Assembly (NCBI GenBank): GCA_965203465.1
Contig: CBDBCR010000003.1
Location: forward strand, 32,001 to 96,000
Source of the DNA: Nitrosopumilaceae archaeon
GTDB lineage: Archaea > Thermoproteota > Nitrososphaeria > Nitrososphaerales > Nitrosopumilaceae
Length of the DNA stretch: 64,000 nt
Reading direction: 5' to 3'
Shown here: one piece after another, positions 19,475 to 28,900 of the stretch
Layout of the letters: each line of letters begins with the position of its first letter
How positions within the stretch are numbered: the first letter of the stretch is position 1
The notes under the pieces: model-generated
Seen by the model: only the letters and a program-made list of their open reading frames with translations
Told to the model about the DNA's origin: nothing
The model's database searches: none
Position numbers and translations under genes: made by a program

Positions 19475-19568
19475 GGCGTCGGACGGTATCAACGGGCGGG
19501 CGGTCAGGGCGCCCACGATTATACCTATGGCGCAACCAAATAAAGGGGCCCCCGCCGCGCCGAACCCG

Positions 19569-20024
19569 TTGAACCCCGAAGACGCGCTCGAGGCCATGGG
19601 CATACGGCTGCCGCCGCCCCCCGCCGCCGCCGGCTCGTACCTGCCGCTCGTCTCGGCCGGCGGCCTCGCCTTCGTCTCGGGCCAGATCCCCGCGCGCGGA
19701 GGAAAGGTGGAGTTTACCGGGACCGTCTCGGATTCCAACATCGACGAGGCGCGCAAGTCCGCCCGCCTGTGCGCGCTCAACGTCCTCTCGCAGATAAAGG
19801 CCGGCGTCGGGCTGGGCCGCGTGGAGCGCGTGGTGCGCCTCTCGTGCTACGTGGCGTGCGGGCCCGGGTTCACCCGGCACGCAGAGGTGGCCAACGCGGC
19901 CTCGGACCTGCTCGCCGAGGTGTTCGGCGAGCACGGCAGGCACTCGAGGGCCGCCGTCGGCGTGGCCAGCCTTCCGCTCGGCTCCATGACGGAGCTGGAC
20001 GCGGTCGTGCAGCTCAGGCCTTGA
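19569..20024 (+). CDS. RidA/YjgF family protein
   Basis: 'AFVSGQIP', 'VANAASDLL.EVFGE.GRHSRAAVGV.SLP'. Confidence 0.9.
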   Translation: MNPEDALEAMGIRLPPPPAAAGSYLPLVSAGGLAFVSGQIPARGGKVEFTGTVSDSNIDEARKSARLCALNVLSQIKAGVGLGRVERVVRLSCYVACGPGFTRHAEVANAASDLLAEVFGEHGRHSRAAVGVASLPLGSMTELDAVVQLRP

Positions 20025-21045
20025 GCCTGGCGTTCATCTGGCGCAGAAACTTTTTCATGCCCTTTTTGGGTATCGACGCCCCGCACGCGCGGTCGTGCCC
20101 GCCCCCCGAGCCGCCGGCCGCGTCGGCCAGCTCGCCTACCAGCTTGCCCAGGTGCGTGCGGCAGGCCTTGGAGCCGCGCACAGAGACCGCGTAGGCGTCG
20201 TGGCCGGAGCGCTCCTTGTAGGCCACCCCGACGTCCCTGCCCGAGAGGCCGAGCACGAAGTTGACCGCCCCGCTGGCGCCGGAGTCGAGTATCTCCATGT
20301 GGCCGAGGTGTGACATCTTTTTCATGTTCTGCCTGACGGCGGCCAGCACGTCGGCCAGCCTGGCCACCTGCGCCTGGGCGAACTCGAACGAGCCGGGCAT
20401 CTGGTGCGGGTACTTTGAATCGGCTAGGTCGCGCACCAATCCCTGCAGAAACCGCTCGTTCTCCTCGCTGTCGCGCTGGTGGCCCACTATGTTGTAGGTG
20501 AGCACCGTGGCGCTGACCAGCGCGAACTGGCGGTCGTACATCTGCAGCAGCTTGGCCCCGGCGGGCCTGTCCTCCATGTAGTCGGTGATGGCCGCGCAGG
20601 CGGCCACGAACGAGGCGTGATCGGACAGCTTTGCGCGGAAGCTCTCGTGGACGAGGACGGCGGTGCACTCGCGCGTGTCGTGGATGAGCCGCACCTTCAA
20701 CTCCCTCAGCTTTTTGGCCGTGCGCGCGCTCATGTCGTGGTGGTCGATGTAGGTCACCTGCACGCTCCTCCCGCGCAGCCCGGCCATTATCTCGACGAAC
20801 TCGTCCTGGGTCTTGCGGTTGAGGCCCAGGTCGCACACGTACAGCGACTTTAGCGCGGGGTCGGCGGCGGCCTCCCTGATGGCGTCCATCTGCCCCGGAT
20901 AGTCGACGAGCACCGATTCGGATCCGAACGCCTGCCGGATCAGGGCCGCCGAGCTGATCCCGTCGGCGTCCTCCTTGTGGGATATGCAGACTATGCGTGT
21001 CTTTTTGGGCCGCGCGGACACGCGCCGGCGAGCCGCGGCCCTCAT
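20014..21045 (-). CDS. DHH/DHHA1 phosphoesterase
   Basis: 'HKEDADG', 'CDLG', 'IDHH', 'SVRG', 'GGGHDRACGA'. Confidence 0.9.
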   Translation of the reverse strand: MRAAARRRVSARPKKTRIVCISHKEDADGISSAALIRQAFGSESVLVDYPGQMDAIREAAADPALKSLYVCDLGLNRKTQDEFVEIMAGLRGRSVQVTYIDHHDMSARTAKKLRELKVRLIHDTRECTAVLVHESFRAKLSDHASFVAACAAITDYMEDRPAGAKLLQMYDRQFALVSATVLTYNIVGHQRDSEENERFLQGLVRDLADSKYPHQMPGSFEFAQAQVARLADVLAAVRQNMKKMSHLGHMEILDSGASGAVNFVLGLSGRDVGVAYKERSGHDAYAVSVRGSKACRTHLGKLVGELADAAGGSGGGHDRACGASIPKKGMKKFLRQMNARLKA

Positions 21046-21306
21046 TTAAACCAAGGACGGGGCGGCCGCCTTCCGGCTTCGGGCCCCGCGTTCCGGGTCG
21101 GGCCGGAAAGCGCCAGCCGGCGCCCCGTCCGATCCGCGGGCGGACGGGCCCGTCGGCGGCGGGCTCGTGGAGGTTCGGAGTGTCGGCCGAGGCTCGCGTC
21201 GGCACGTCGTGCGAGCCGCGCCCGGAGCTGGGCGATCTTGGAGAATGCCCGCCACCGGCAAGCCGCGGCGCGAACGCGCCTCGGCAAACGCCGCCGTCCG
21301 GCGCGT

Positions 21307-21807
21307 TCAGAACGCCAGCGAGATGGCGACCAATGGCGGAAACAAGATGGAGCCGGCGGAAAACAGTATGATGCTGACCGTGAGGGCGACGGCTTTGCTT
21401 CTCACGGCGCTTTCTGCATCTTTCAGGCACAGCAGGTATTCCCCGATCAGCGACGCGTAGAAATCGTTCTCTGACGCGCCCGTCCAGCTTTTCACCACGT
21501 CTTCCCTTATCTTGGAACCGGTCGTCATGTTTGCGCCCAGAAACACGGTCCGCTTAACTTCCGCGCGGTTGGACACCACGCACAGCACAGTCGCGACTCC
21601 CAGTACGGCAACGCTGATCATCGGCAAGTGGAAATATGGATCTCTTTCTTCAGTAACGCTCCACATGTGGCCGTAAAACGCCGTGATCGCCGCGATCATT
21701 ATGACGGACACGGTCATCAGATCGCGGATCTTTCTGGCCATGCTTTCAGCGACTAGATTGCGCCTATCGTATTCGATCTCCAGCTGGTGGAGGAATTCCC
21801 TCTTCAC
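21307..21807 (-). CDS. Membrane protein of unknown function (about 3 TM)
   Basis: Hydrophobic segments; TTTTATATAA promoter at 21826-21835 (minus strand); lower GC. Confidence 0.7.
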   Translation of the reverse strand: MKREFLHQLEIEYDRRNLVAESMARKIRDLMTVSVIMIAAITAFYGHMWSVTEERDPYFHLPMISVAVLGVATVLCVVSNRAEVKRTVFLGANMTTGSKIREDVVKSWTGASENDFYASLIGEYLLCLKDAESAVRSKAVALTVSIILFSAGSILFPPLVAISLAF

Positions 21808-22231
21808 GGGCAGAAAACCAAATAGTTATATAAAAGTGTACCTCCGCCAAGGCACATGGACAAAAGCACCCCCAAACCGATAAGCGTGAGCGGCGACCTT
21901 CAGAGGGCGTTGTTTCCGAAGAAACTGACCGCCTCCAAGAAAGAGAGCCGGGAGTGACCGGGCGGGTTCGGCGCGGTTTTTCGCGCCCCCCGGCCCAATT
22001 TTCCGGTACGAAACGACGCGCTGGCGGCCGGCCCCGAGGCGCACGCCCGCATAGACTAGCCCTTTCCGTAGAGACTTGATCGGTAGCATGTAATCTGCGT
22101 CTGCCAGGATCTCCTACCCGGGCCAACACGAGACGGGCCGGATCTTGTCCGGTCTCAGGCACGAGATCGTACACGGTGGGACATGAGCGGCCGCGGCAGA
22201 GCCAGCAGACGCAGATTGCGCGCTACCTCTT

Positions 22232-23056
22232 TCAGCGTCGCATCTCGGCGTTTTCGACCTGCCGGATGTGCTCCAAGAGCATCTGCTCGGCTATGTCCTC
22301 CTTGGTGGTAAAGCGGACGGCGGCGATCCTTTCGACCGTTCTCGATTTTTCTCCTGGTAGCAAGACCGTGTACGCCGTTCCCGCCTCCGATGTCTTGGCC
22401 GCTTTTCTGATCTCTTCGATGGTGTCCGTGGCCCTCGCGGACTTTATCGCAAAAGCCATGCTGCGGCGCTCTTTCTTGCTGGTGGCCGGGATCTCGGACA
22501 GCTCTAGGCAGACTTTCAGCGCCATTTCCTCGTCTTCGAACTTTGAGTATATGTCGATCGCCGCCGTGGGGGTGATCTTTCTCTTGGCTATCAGCAGCTT
22601 GATCCCGTCGGGCAGTCCGTCGTAGCCAATGTACCTTTTCACCGTCGCCGTAGTCACGCCCAGCGCGGCGGCCACCCCGTCCATGTCTTTGAAGTGCCGC
22701 AAGAGGTGCTTGGTTGCGCTCGACCTGTCCTCGTAGTCCATGGGCAACCCGTGCATGTTTTCGCTCAGCGACAGTATCATGGCCTGCGCCAGGGTTATCC
22801 TGTCGAAGACAAAGCACGGGATGATTCCGAGCCCCGCCTTGACGCACGCAAACAGCCGCCTCTGGCCGCTAAAGACGCCGTATTTGCCCCTCGCGTTTTT
22901 TCCCCTCGCCAGCAGCGGGACGCGCAGGCCGTTTCGCCTTATGTTGCGGGACAGCTCGTCTAGGTTCTGCATGGGATCGTTGTTTCGTACGTTCGCCTCT
23001 TGCTACAGTTCCAGCTCGTCTGGCTTTAGGTATTCCAAGGGCGGATCGCGCTTCAT
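22232..23056 (-). pseudogene. ParB/Srx-family protein interrupted by an in-frame TAG at codon 18
   Basis: ATG at 23056 overlaps the PIN stop (ATGA); reads MKRDPPLEYLKPDELEL*QEANVRNND.. then 'GLRVPLL', 'SGQRR', 'SLSEN' and an HTH; a downstream ATG at 22972 gives 246 aa. Confidence 0.75.
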
Positions 23057-23616
23057 CGTGCCACCTCGAAACCCATGCCCGCCAGCGCCCTTTTAGTGTT
23101 TTCGGGGTTGCAGATTTTCAGATCTTTGTCCAGATCCTGGCTCTCCAGAACGCTGTTGCCGTGTTTTTTAAAGTGATCGTCGGTGGTAAGCAGGATGTTG
23201 GATCTGCACTGCCACGCGGCGGCCAGATGAATTGCGTCCGGCGCGAATATGTTCGAGGTTGCCGCTATGCGCAACGCCAGACGCCATCCATACTCGGTAA
23301 GGGAAACCGGCCGTACGAACGGGTATTGCCTGCGCGCGGCCCTAAATCTGTCGTTCGTCTCGCGCAGCTGCTTGCGGGTCAGATCTATCTGGTTGCGTTG
23401 TCTGCAGATCGTGTTGTACTCCATGTTCTCTGCCCGTTTTTTGGCCACGAACGCGTCTTCCTGCTCGTTGTCTATCATCTCCATTAACGCAAGCACCGAC
23501 GTAAAGCACCGCCAGCCGTTATCTCTGATTTTCTCCACCCGTTCGATAGACTCTTGTCGCCTGTTTTTCGTGTTGTCTCGGATTACGTTCGTGTCCAGAT
23601 AAAAGACGGGAGTCAT
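23053..23616 (-). CDS. PIN-domain protein (VapC-like ribonuclease)
   Basis: 'YLDTNV', 'S.LA.ME', 'DAIHLAAA', 'LLTTDDHF'; ATG at 23616 coupled to the upstream stop. Confidence 0.88.
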   Translation of the reverse strand: MTPVFYLDTNVIRDNTKNRRQESIERVEKIRDNGWRCFTSVLALMEMIDNEQEDAFVAKKRAENMEYNTICRQRNQIDLTRKQLRETNDRFRAARRQYPFVRPVSLTEYGWRLALRIAATSNIFAPDAIHLAAAWQCRSNILLTTDDHFKKHGNSVLESQDLDKDLKICNPENTKRALAGMGFEVAR

Positions 23617-23753
23617 TCTTCCTCTGGCCATATGTCGACTGTGATCACTTTTCGCGGGGTGTTTTTGAACGATACGTCTTCGAGTGACTCTGTGTCGACC
23701 TCCATTATTTCCCTTTTGTGGTGCCAGAATTCCGACTCTTTTCTGCGGGCCAT
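23613..23753 (-). CDS. 46-aa ORF, candidate antitoxin
   Basis: MARRKESEFWHHKREIMEVDTESLEDVSFKNTPRKVITVDIWPEEE; TTAATTAAA box about 20 nt upstream; ATGA overlap with PIN. Confidence 0.6.
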   Translation of the reverse strand: MARRKESEFWHHKREIMEVDTESLEDVSFKNTPRKVITVDIWPEEE

Positions 23754-24277
23754 CGTTGCGCCTCCGGGCGCGCTTTAATTAACCATTTGCCGCCAACCGG
23801 TCAACCCAGAAGTCCAGCCGACGGTCGGGCGGTTTCCGATCGCAAACGCGGCCAAAACAGTCAAAACTTCGGCAGCGTCCAAAACATGCTCGTCCGGTTC
23901 CGTTCTGGGCGCGGCGAGTCGGCCGGCGCCCGGCCGCCGCCCGGAGAGCGCAAGCACGAGCCGGGGCGCGCGTCGTACCCGCCCGTCTCGGGCCGTCCCG
24001 CCAGAATGCTCGCTCGGCCGGGCGGCCCGGATCCGGACTGAAAGAGCGGCCCGTCCTTTTGCGGCGCCGCCGCGGCCCCGACTACCGGTCGAACGGCCCG
24101 ACTGCCTCCGACTCCGGCCGCGCGCAGCCGCAGCGGTCGGCCGGACGGCGCGCCGGGCCTGCGTCGCCTCCCGCCCGGGGGCCTCGCAGGCGATCGCTTT
24201 TCGGGCCCCGGCAAGGCGCTTTTGGGCCAGCCGCAGCGCACCAAAACATCTAAAACACGCCCCCTTCGAAGCACCGC

Positions 24278-25216
24278 ATGGAGGGCAGGCCATCACACAC
24301 AAAGCGCAAACGCGGGGTCTATTACACCACAAGCAATCCGTTTGCGCTTGAGCCGTTCAGGGAATGGTGCAAAGAGGCAGGGATCGCAAAGGCAAGAATC
24401 TTGGAGCCGTTTGCCGGCTCTAACAACATCATACGCATGCTCTCAGAGCTTGGCCTCTGTGCCAGATACCAGTCCTACGACATTGCGCCCAAGGCAGCCG
24501 GGATAAAAAAGCGCGACACGATCAAGAGTTTTCCGTCCGGATACAAGGTGTGCGTCACCAACCCGCCGTGGCTGACAAGCTATTCGGCAAGAAGGCGCGG
24601 AGTCGAATTTGTGGCCCCAAGGTACGACAACCTCTACAAATACTGCCTAGAACTGGCGCTTGCAAACTGCGAATACGTGGCGTTCATAATGCCCGGGACG
24701 TTCCTCAGAACCGGGCTGTTTCGGGAGCGCCTCAAATCGGTCATCTTTCTGCACGGCAAGATCTTCGCCGAAACTGACAATCCCGTGTGCATCGCCCTGT
24801 TCGGGGGGCCCCAAAAAAACACGAAAGTCTACAACGACAACAGATATCTGGGCACGCTTCAGGGCCTAGAGTCGCACATGCCGCCCGCCAGCAGCGACGG
24901 TAGCATAAGATTCAACGATCCGGCAGGGCAGATCGGCCTGTACTGCATCGACAACACGCGGGGGCCGTCGATACGGTTCTGCCGCGGCTCAGAGATCACG
25001 AGGCGGGTGAAGCACAGCGATCGCCTCATAACCCGCATAGCGGTGCCGCACAGCAACCCCGCCACGCTCGTGGGCAAGCTCAACAAAAAGCTTTACGCCA
25101 CTAGGAGAAACACGCACGACGTGTTCTTTGCCCCTTTCAAGGGCCTCCGCAAGGACGGCAAGTACCGGAGGCGCATAGACTACGAGTTTGTGAGGAATCT
25201 AATTGCCAACGCCTGA
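24278..25216 (+). CDS. DNA amino-methyltransferase (gamma-type motif order)
   Basis: Motif X 'GVYYT', motif I 'LEPFAGS', motif IV 'TNPPW'. Confidence 0.85.
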   Translation: MEGRPSHTKRKRGVYYTTSNPFALEPFREWCKEAGIAKARILEPFAGSNNIIRMLSELGLCARYQSYDIAPKAAGIKKRDTIKSFPSGYKVCVTNPPWLTSYSARRRGVEFVAPRYDNLYKYCLELALANCEYVAFIMPGTFLRTGLFRERLKSVIFLHGKIFAETDNPVCIALFGGPQKNTKVYNDNRYLGTLQGLESHMPPASSDGSIRFNDPAGQIGLYCIDNTRGPSIRFCRGSEITRRVKHSDRLITRIAVPHSNPATLVGKLNKKLYATRRNTHDVFFAPFKGLRKDGKYRRRIDYEFVRNLIANA

Positions 25217-25845
25217 GGAATACGAGGACAACAGGAAGACGCTCAAGCGCCAGTTTTGGAGATCCGGCGCCTACTCAGGAAAAAGCGCGCAGGTTTTGCG
25301 AGCAGACCGGCGAAAAACTAGATGTGGTCAGGGAAAAAATAAAGACGGATGATCTGTTCAGATGGTTCTTTCTCAAAGATCCCATCAGGCAGAACGTGCA
25401 CGAACTGTATGCGGCCGCCTTCATAGAGAGCATAAACGCCGTGACCAACTTTAAAAAACTCGGATCCGACGAAATGTTTGTCATCAGCGGCGGCGTCGTA
25501 AAAAAATCAGACTTGGGCACCATGAAGCCCAAGAGCAAAAGCATCGACTTTTACTGGGAATGCGGCAGCAAGAAATTCTACGCCTTTCACAAATACGCCA
25601 AAGACTCAGGCGGGCATCAAGACAACCAATACCGAGATCTTCAAGTTTTCATCGGAGAGGCAAACACGTCGGGGATCAAGGACTCGTATTTTCTGGCCAT
25701 TGCCGACGGGGATTACTACAGCACAAATAACGGCAGGGCCCGAACGACAAAGATCGAACGGCTGAAGCAGATCGCCAACGGCAAGAACGTGTTCGCCATG
25801 ACCAGCGACGAACTGCCCAAATTCCTAGACGGCCTGGACTGCTAG
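25203..25845 (+). pseudogene. Putative restriction endonuclease, apparent +1 frameshift at TTTT 25254-25257
   Basis: TTG at 25203 overlaps the MTase end (MPTPEEYEDNRKTLKRQF); the +1 frame continues GDPAPTQEKARRFC.. 'KSIDF', 'HKYAKDSGGHQDNQ' (PD-(D/E)xK-like); the GTG ORF 25324-25845 is intact. Confidence 0.55.
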
Positions 25846-25997
25846 CGGCCAGACGACGGCACGGCTGGACAGAGCACGGCAGCGTCCACGCGCTGGTTCA
25901 AATCTTGCAGGATGCCGGCGGATCGGATGCGGCCGGCAGAACGCGGTCCGCGCGGAGCTCGGGCCGGGCGCTGGTGCACCCGGGGCGGCCCGGACTC

Positions 25998-28900
25998 TCA
26001 CCGCCCGTCCGCGTTGAGGTACCCGAACAATACCTCGAAGAGCAGGCGGGCCCGCTCCTGCTCGGCGGCGATCGCCGCGCGCAGGCGCTCCTCTTCTGCC
26101 TGCCTGTCCGGCGAGGCCGGCGCGGGCGCGGCGGCGTCCAAGTCCGGCGCGGGCATCATCGCGTCCAGCACCCTCTGGGCCGCCTCGACCTGCGCGTACA
26201 GCCGGTCGCGGAACTCCGGATCCGAGCGGTCGTAGCCCTGCATGGGCGCGCCCTCCGCAAAGTACATCGACTCGTCGATGTCGTGGTACAGCCGCGACTG
26301 GTTGGCAAGCGGCATGTACAGGCCGTCTGGCGACAGTTTGAACAGCTGCCCAGACGGGTCTATCATGACGTCCCTGTTGGTCGAGTCGGGCGATATGGGG
26401 TACAGCACCAGATCCCCGCCGTTGACCTCGATTCCGGGCCGCCCGTCGAGCGGCTCGCCGGTTATCTTTATGCCGTGGTTGTAGTAGTTTTGCCACGAGT
26501 TGCGCTGCGTATCCCACACGTCGGTCCCCACGATGTCGAACTCGAGCGGGGCGCGGAAGGTGTGCCTTATGGTTATCCGGAGGCACTCCAGATCCGAGCC
26601 GGCTGAGCACTGCACCGTCTCGTGCTCCGCTGACAGGGTGTCCAGGTCGATGGCCCCGTCCGGATCTATCGCGGAGACGGCGCCGGTCCCGTCGTGCGAA
26701 ATGTCGTAGTTTATGACCGCCCTGCTCTCCGATATCACCTCGCCGGAGCGCAGCCCGAACGCCAAGGCCGCGTGCGAGACGTTCTGCGGGCCTTCGTTCT
26801 CGTACATTTTCAGCACCACGGTGTTCTCCTTGCCCACCTCCGACTCTATGAGCGGGTACGGGGTGAAAAAGTACTCCACGTCCGAGGACAGGCCGTTGTA
26901 CGAAAAGCCGCCCTCGACCAGCTTCGCGCCGTACTCGTCGTAGCCGAGCGTCGGCGGGGTGCAGTCGTCGCACTCCGAGCCGCCGCGCGGCGGCGGCTGC
27001 GAGACCCCGAAGAGGCTGAAGTGGCCGGTCCAGACCGAATCGGAATCCTCGTCGACGCAGGCGTCCGTATCGTAGGTGCCCGGCGGCCAGCCGTCGGGGA
27101 CCGACTGGGCCACGGGCAGCGCCGACGTGTCCCACGACGGATCGCAGGCCGGTATCGGCATGGGCACGCCCTGGAGGCCCACCGAAAAGACCAGCGCGCC
27201 GCGCAACGGAATGTCGAATTCCAGCAGGACCGGGCGGTCGAACACGATGTCGCGCCCCGGGTGGCCCACCTGCACGGCGGTGGTAAGGCCGTCGAAGAGC
27301 AGCGGGTAGGCCTCGCGCTGGTCTTCGGACAGGTGCGCCGTCGACGAGCTCGAAGCTATCGTGACGGCCTCGGCGAAGGTGGCCCCCGCCGACGTGATCG
27401 GCCCGAGGCCGCCCACCTGCGTGCCGGCCGGGAACGTGGCGTCGGGCAGCCCGAACGTGCGGGTGACTATGCGCAGCTCCGAACCGAGCACGGCCGCGCC
27501 CCCGCCGGCGGCGGACACGCGCGGGTCGGTGGCGGCCCCGGTGAGCGACGAGAGGTCGACTACGGGCTCTATGCCGGAGGGCGCCACGATCTCGCCCACC
27601 GTGCTCCCGCGGGCGAGCGGCATGGCCGGCGCCTCGAGCGTGACGGAGCTTCTCTGCGCGCCGGCCGTTACCTGCGCTGGGACGGCCGCGTTGCCCGCAG
27701 AGTCGGCCACGGCGCCGGCCGTCAGCGCGACCGCCGCGGGGACCGTGCCGGCCCCGGCCCACTCTACGAGTATCACCGTGCCCCCGGAGCCGACCACGCG
27801 CGAGGCGGGGACCGGCGCGGCCCCGTCCGCGGCTATGCCCGCATAGTGGGACGCGGACGCCGTCACCGGCTCGCCGTACATCAGGGTGACCGAATCCGAG
27901 CCGCTTATCCACGACGAGATCACGGACGGCGGCAGCGTGTCTATGATTACGTTGGGGCCGGTCAGGTGCCTTTCCGAGAATTCGGCCGGCGTGCCCGTGG
28001 CCGATATTATCTCGACGTATATGCTCAGCGGGCCCTGCGGGGCGCCGGACGGAACCGTGTAGGTCGCGTCGAAGCCGTCGGATCTGCCCTCGGCCGCCAC
28101 CGGCTGGCCGTTGACGCGCAGCACCGTAAGCCCGGGCGATATGGCGTCCTGGGTGCGCAGCGTTATCAGTATCTGTTTGCCGACGGTGGCCGGCCCGTCG
28201 TGCTGCGCGGTAAACTGCGATATCATCGCCGGCATTATGCGGTTGACGGATATCACCTGCGGGCCCGGCTCCAGCACGTTGCCGAACAGGTCCGAGACGG
28301 GCCCGGCCGTCCTCACGCCCGGCGCGTCGCGCGTCGAGAACGTGTCCGGGTTGGCCATGGTAATGGTCACGACGCCGGACATCTCCGAGACCGACGATAT
28401 GTCGTACCCAGGCACCTCAAAGTCGGACGTCTGGACCGTGCCGTCTGCCAAGTCTTCGCTGAACCGCACCACGATGGTGTCCGAGCTTGTCACCGAGGCC
28501 GATACCATCGATGGCGGCCGGCCGTCCTCTATCAGGATGTTGCCCGATATGGCCGTGACGGCGTTGCCAGACGTGTCGGTGAATTGCGGCGCCGAACCGG
28601 GCACCGTCAGCGAGAGCAGGCCTGGGGCGCCGGCGTTGGGCGCGGCCGATATGACCGCGAGCAGCGACTGGAGCACCGCAGGCTCTAGCGTCACAAAGAC
28701 GGACGCGCCCTGCGCCCTCGCCGTTCCCGCCAACGCCACGGGGTCGCCCGGCTTTGCAACCGAGACCTTGGAGAGCTCGCCCGCGAACGACGAGGCGTCC
28801 ATCGTCTCGCTAAAGCCGAATACGAATATCCCGTCGTCGGTGTTCAATACGGCGGAGTTCAGGGTTGGACGGGCGGTGTCCAGATCGATAGAGCTGAAGG

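Noticed and set aside
22050-22230. Possible degraded ORF downstream of ParB
   Set aside because: Fragments in several frames with stops and no recognisable motif; cannot be supported
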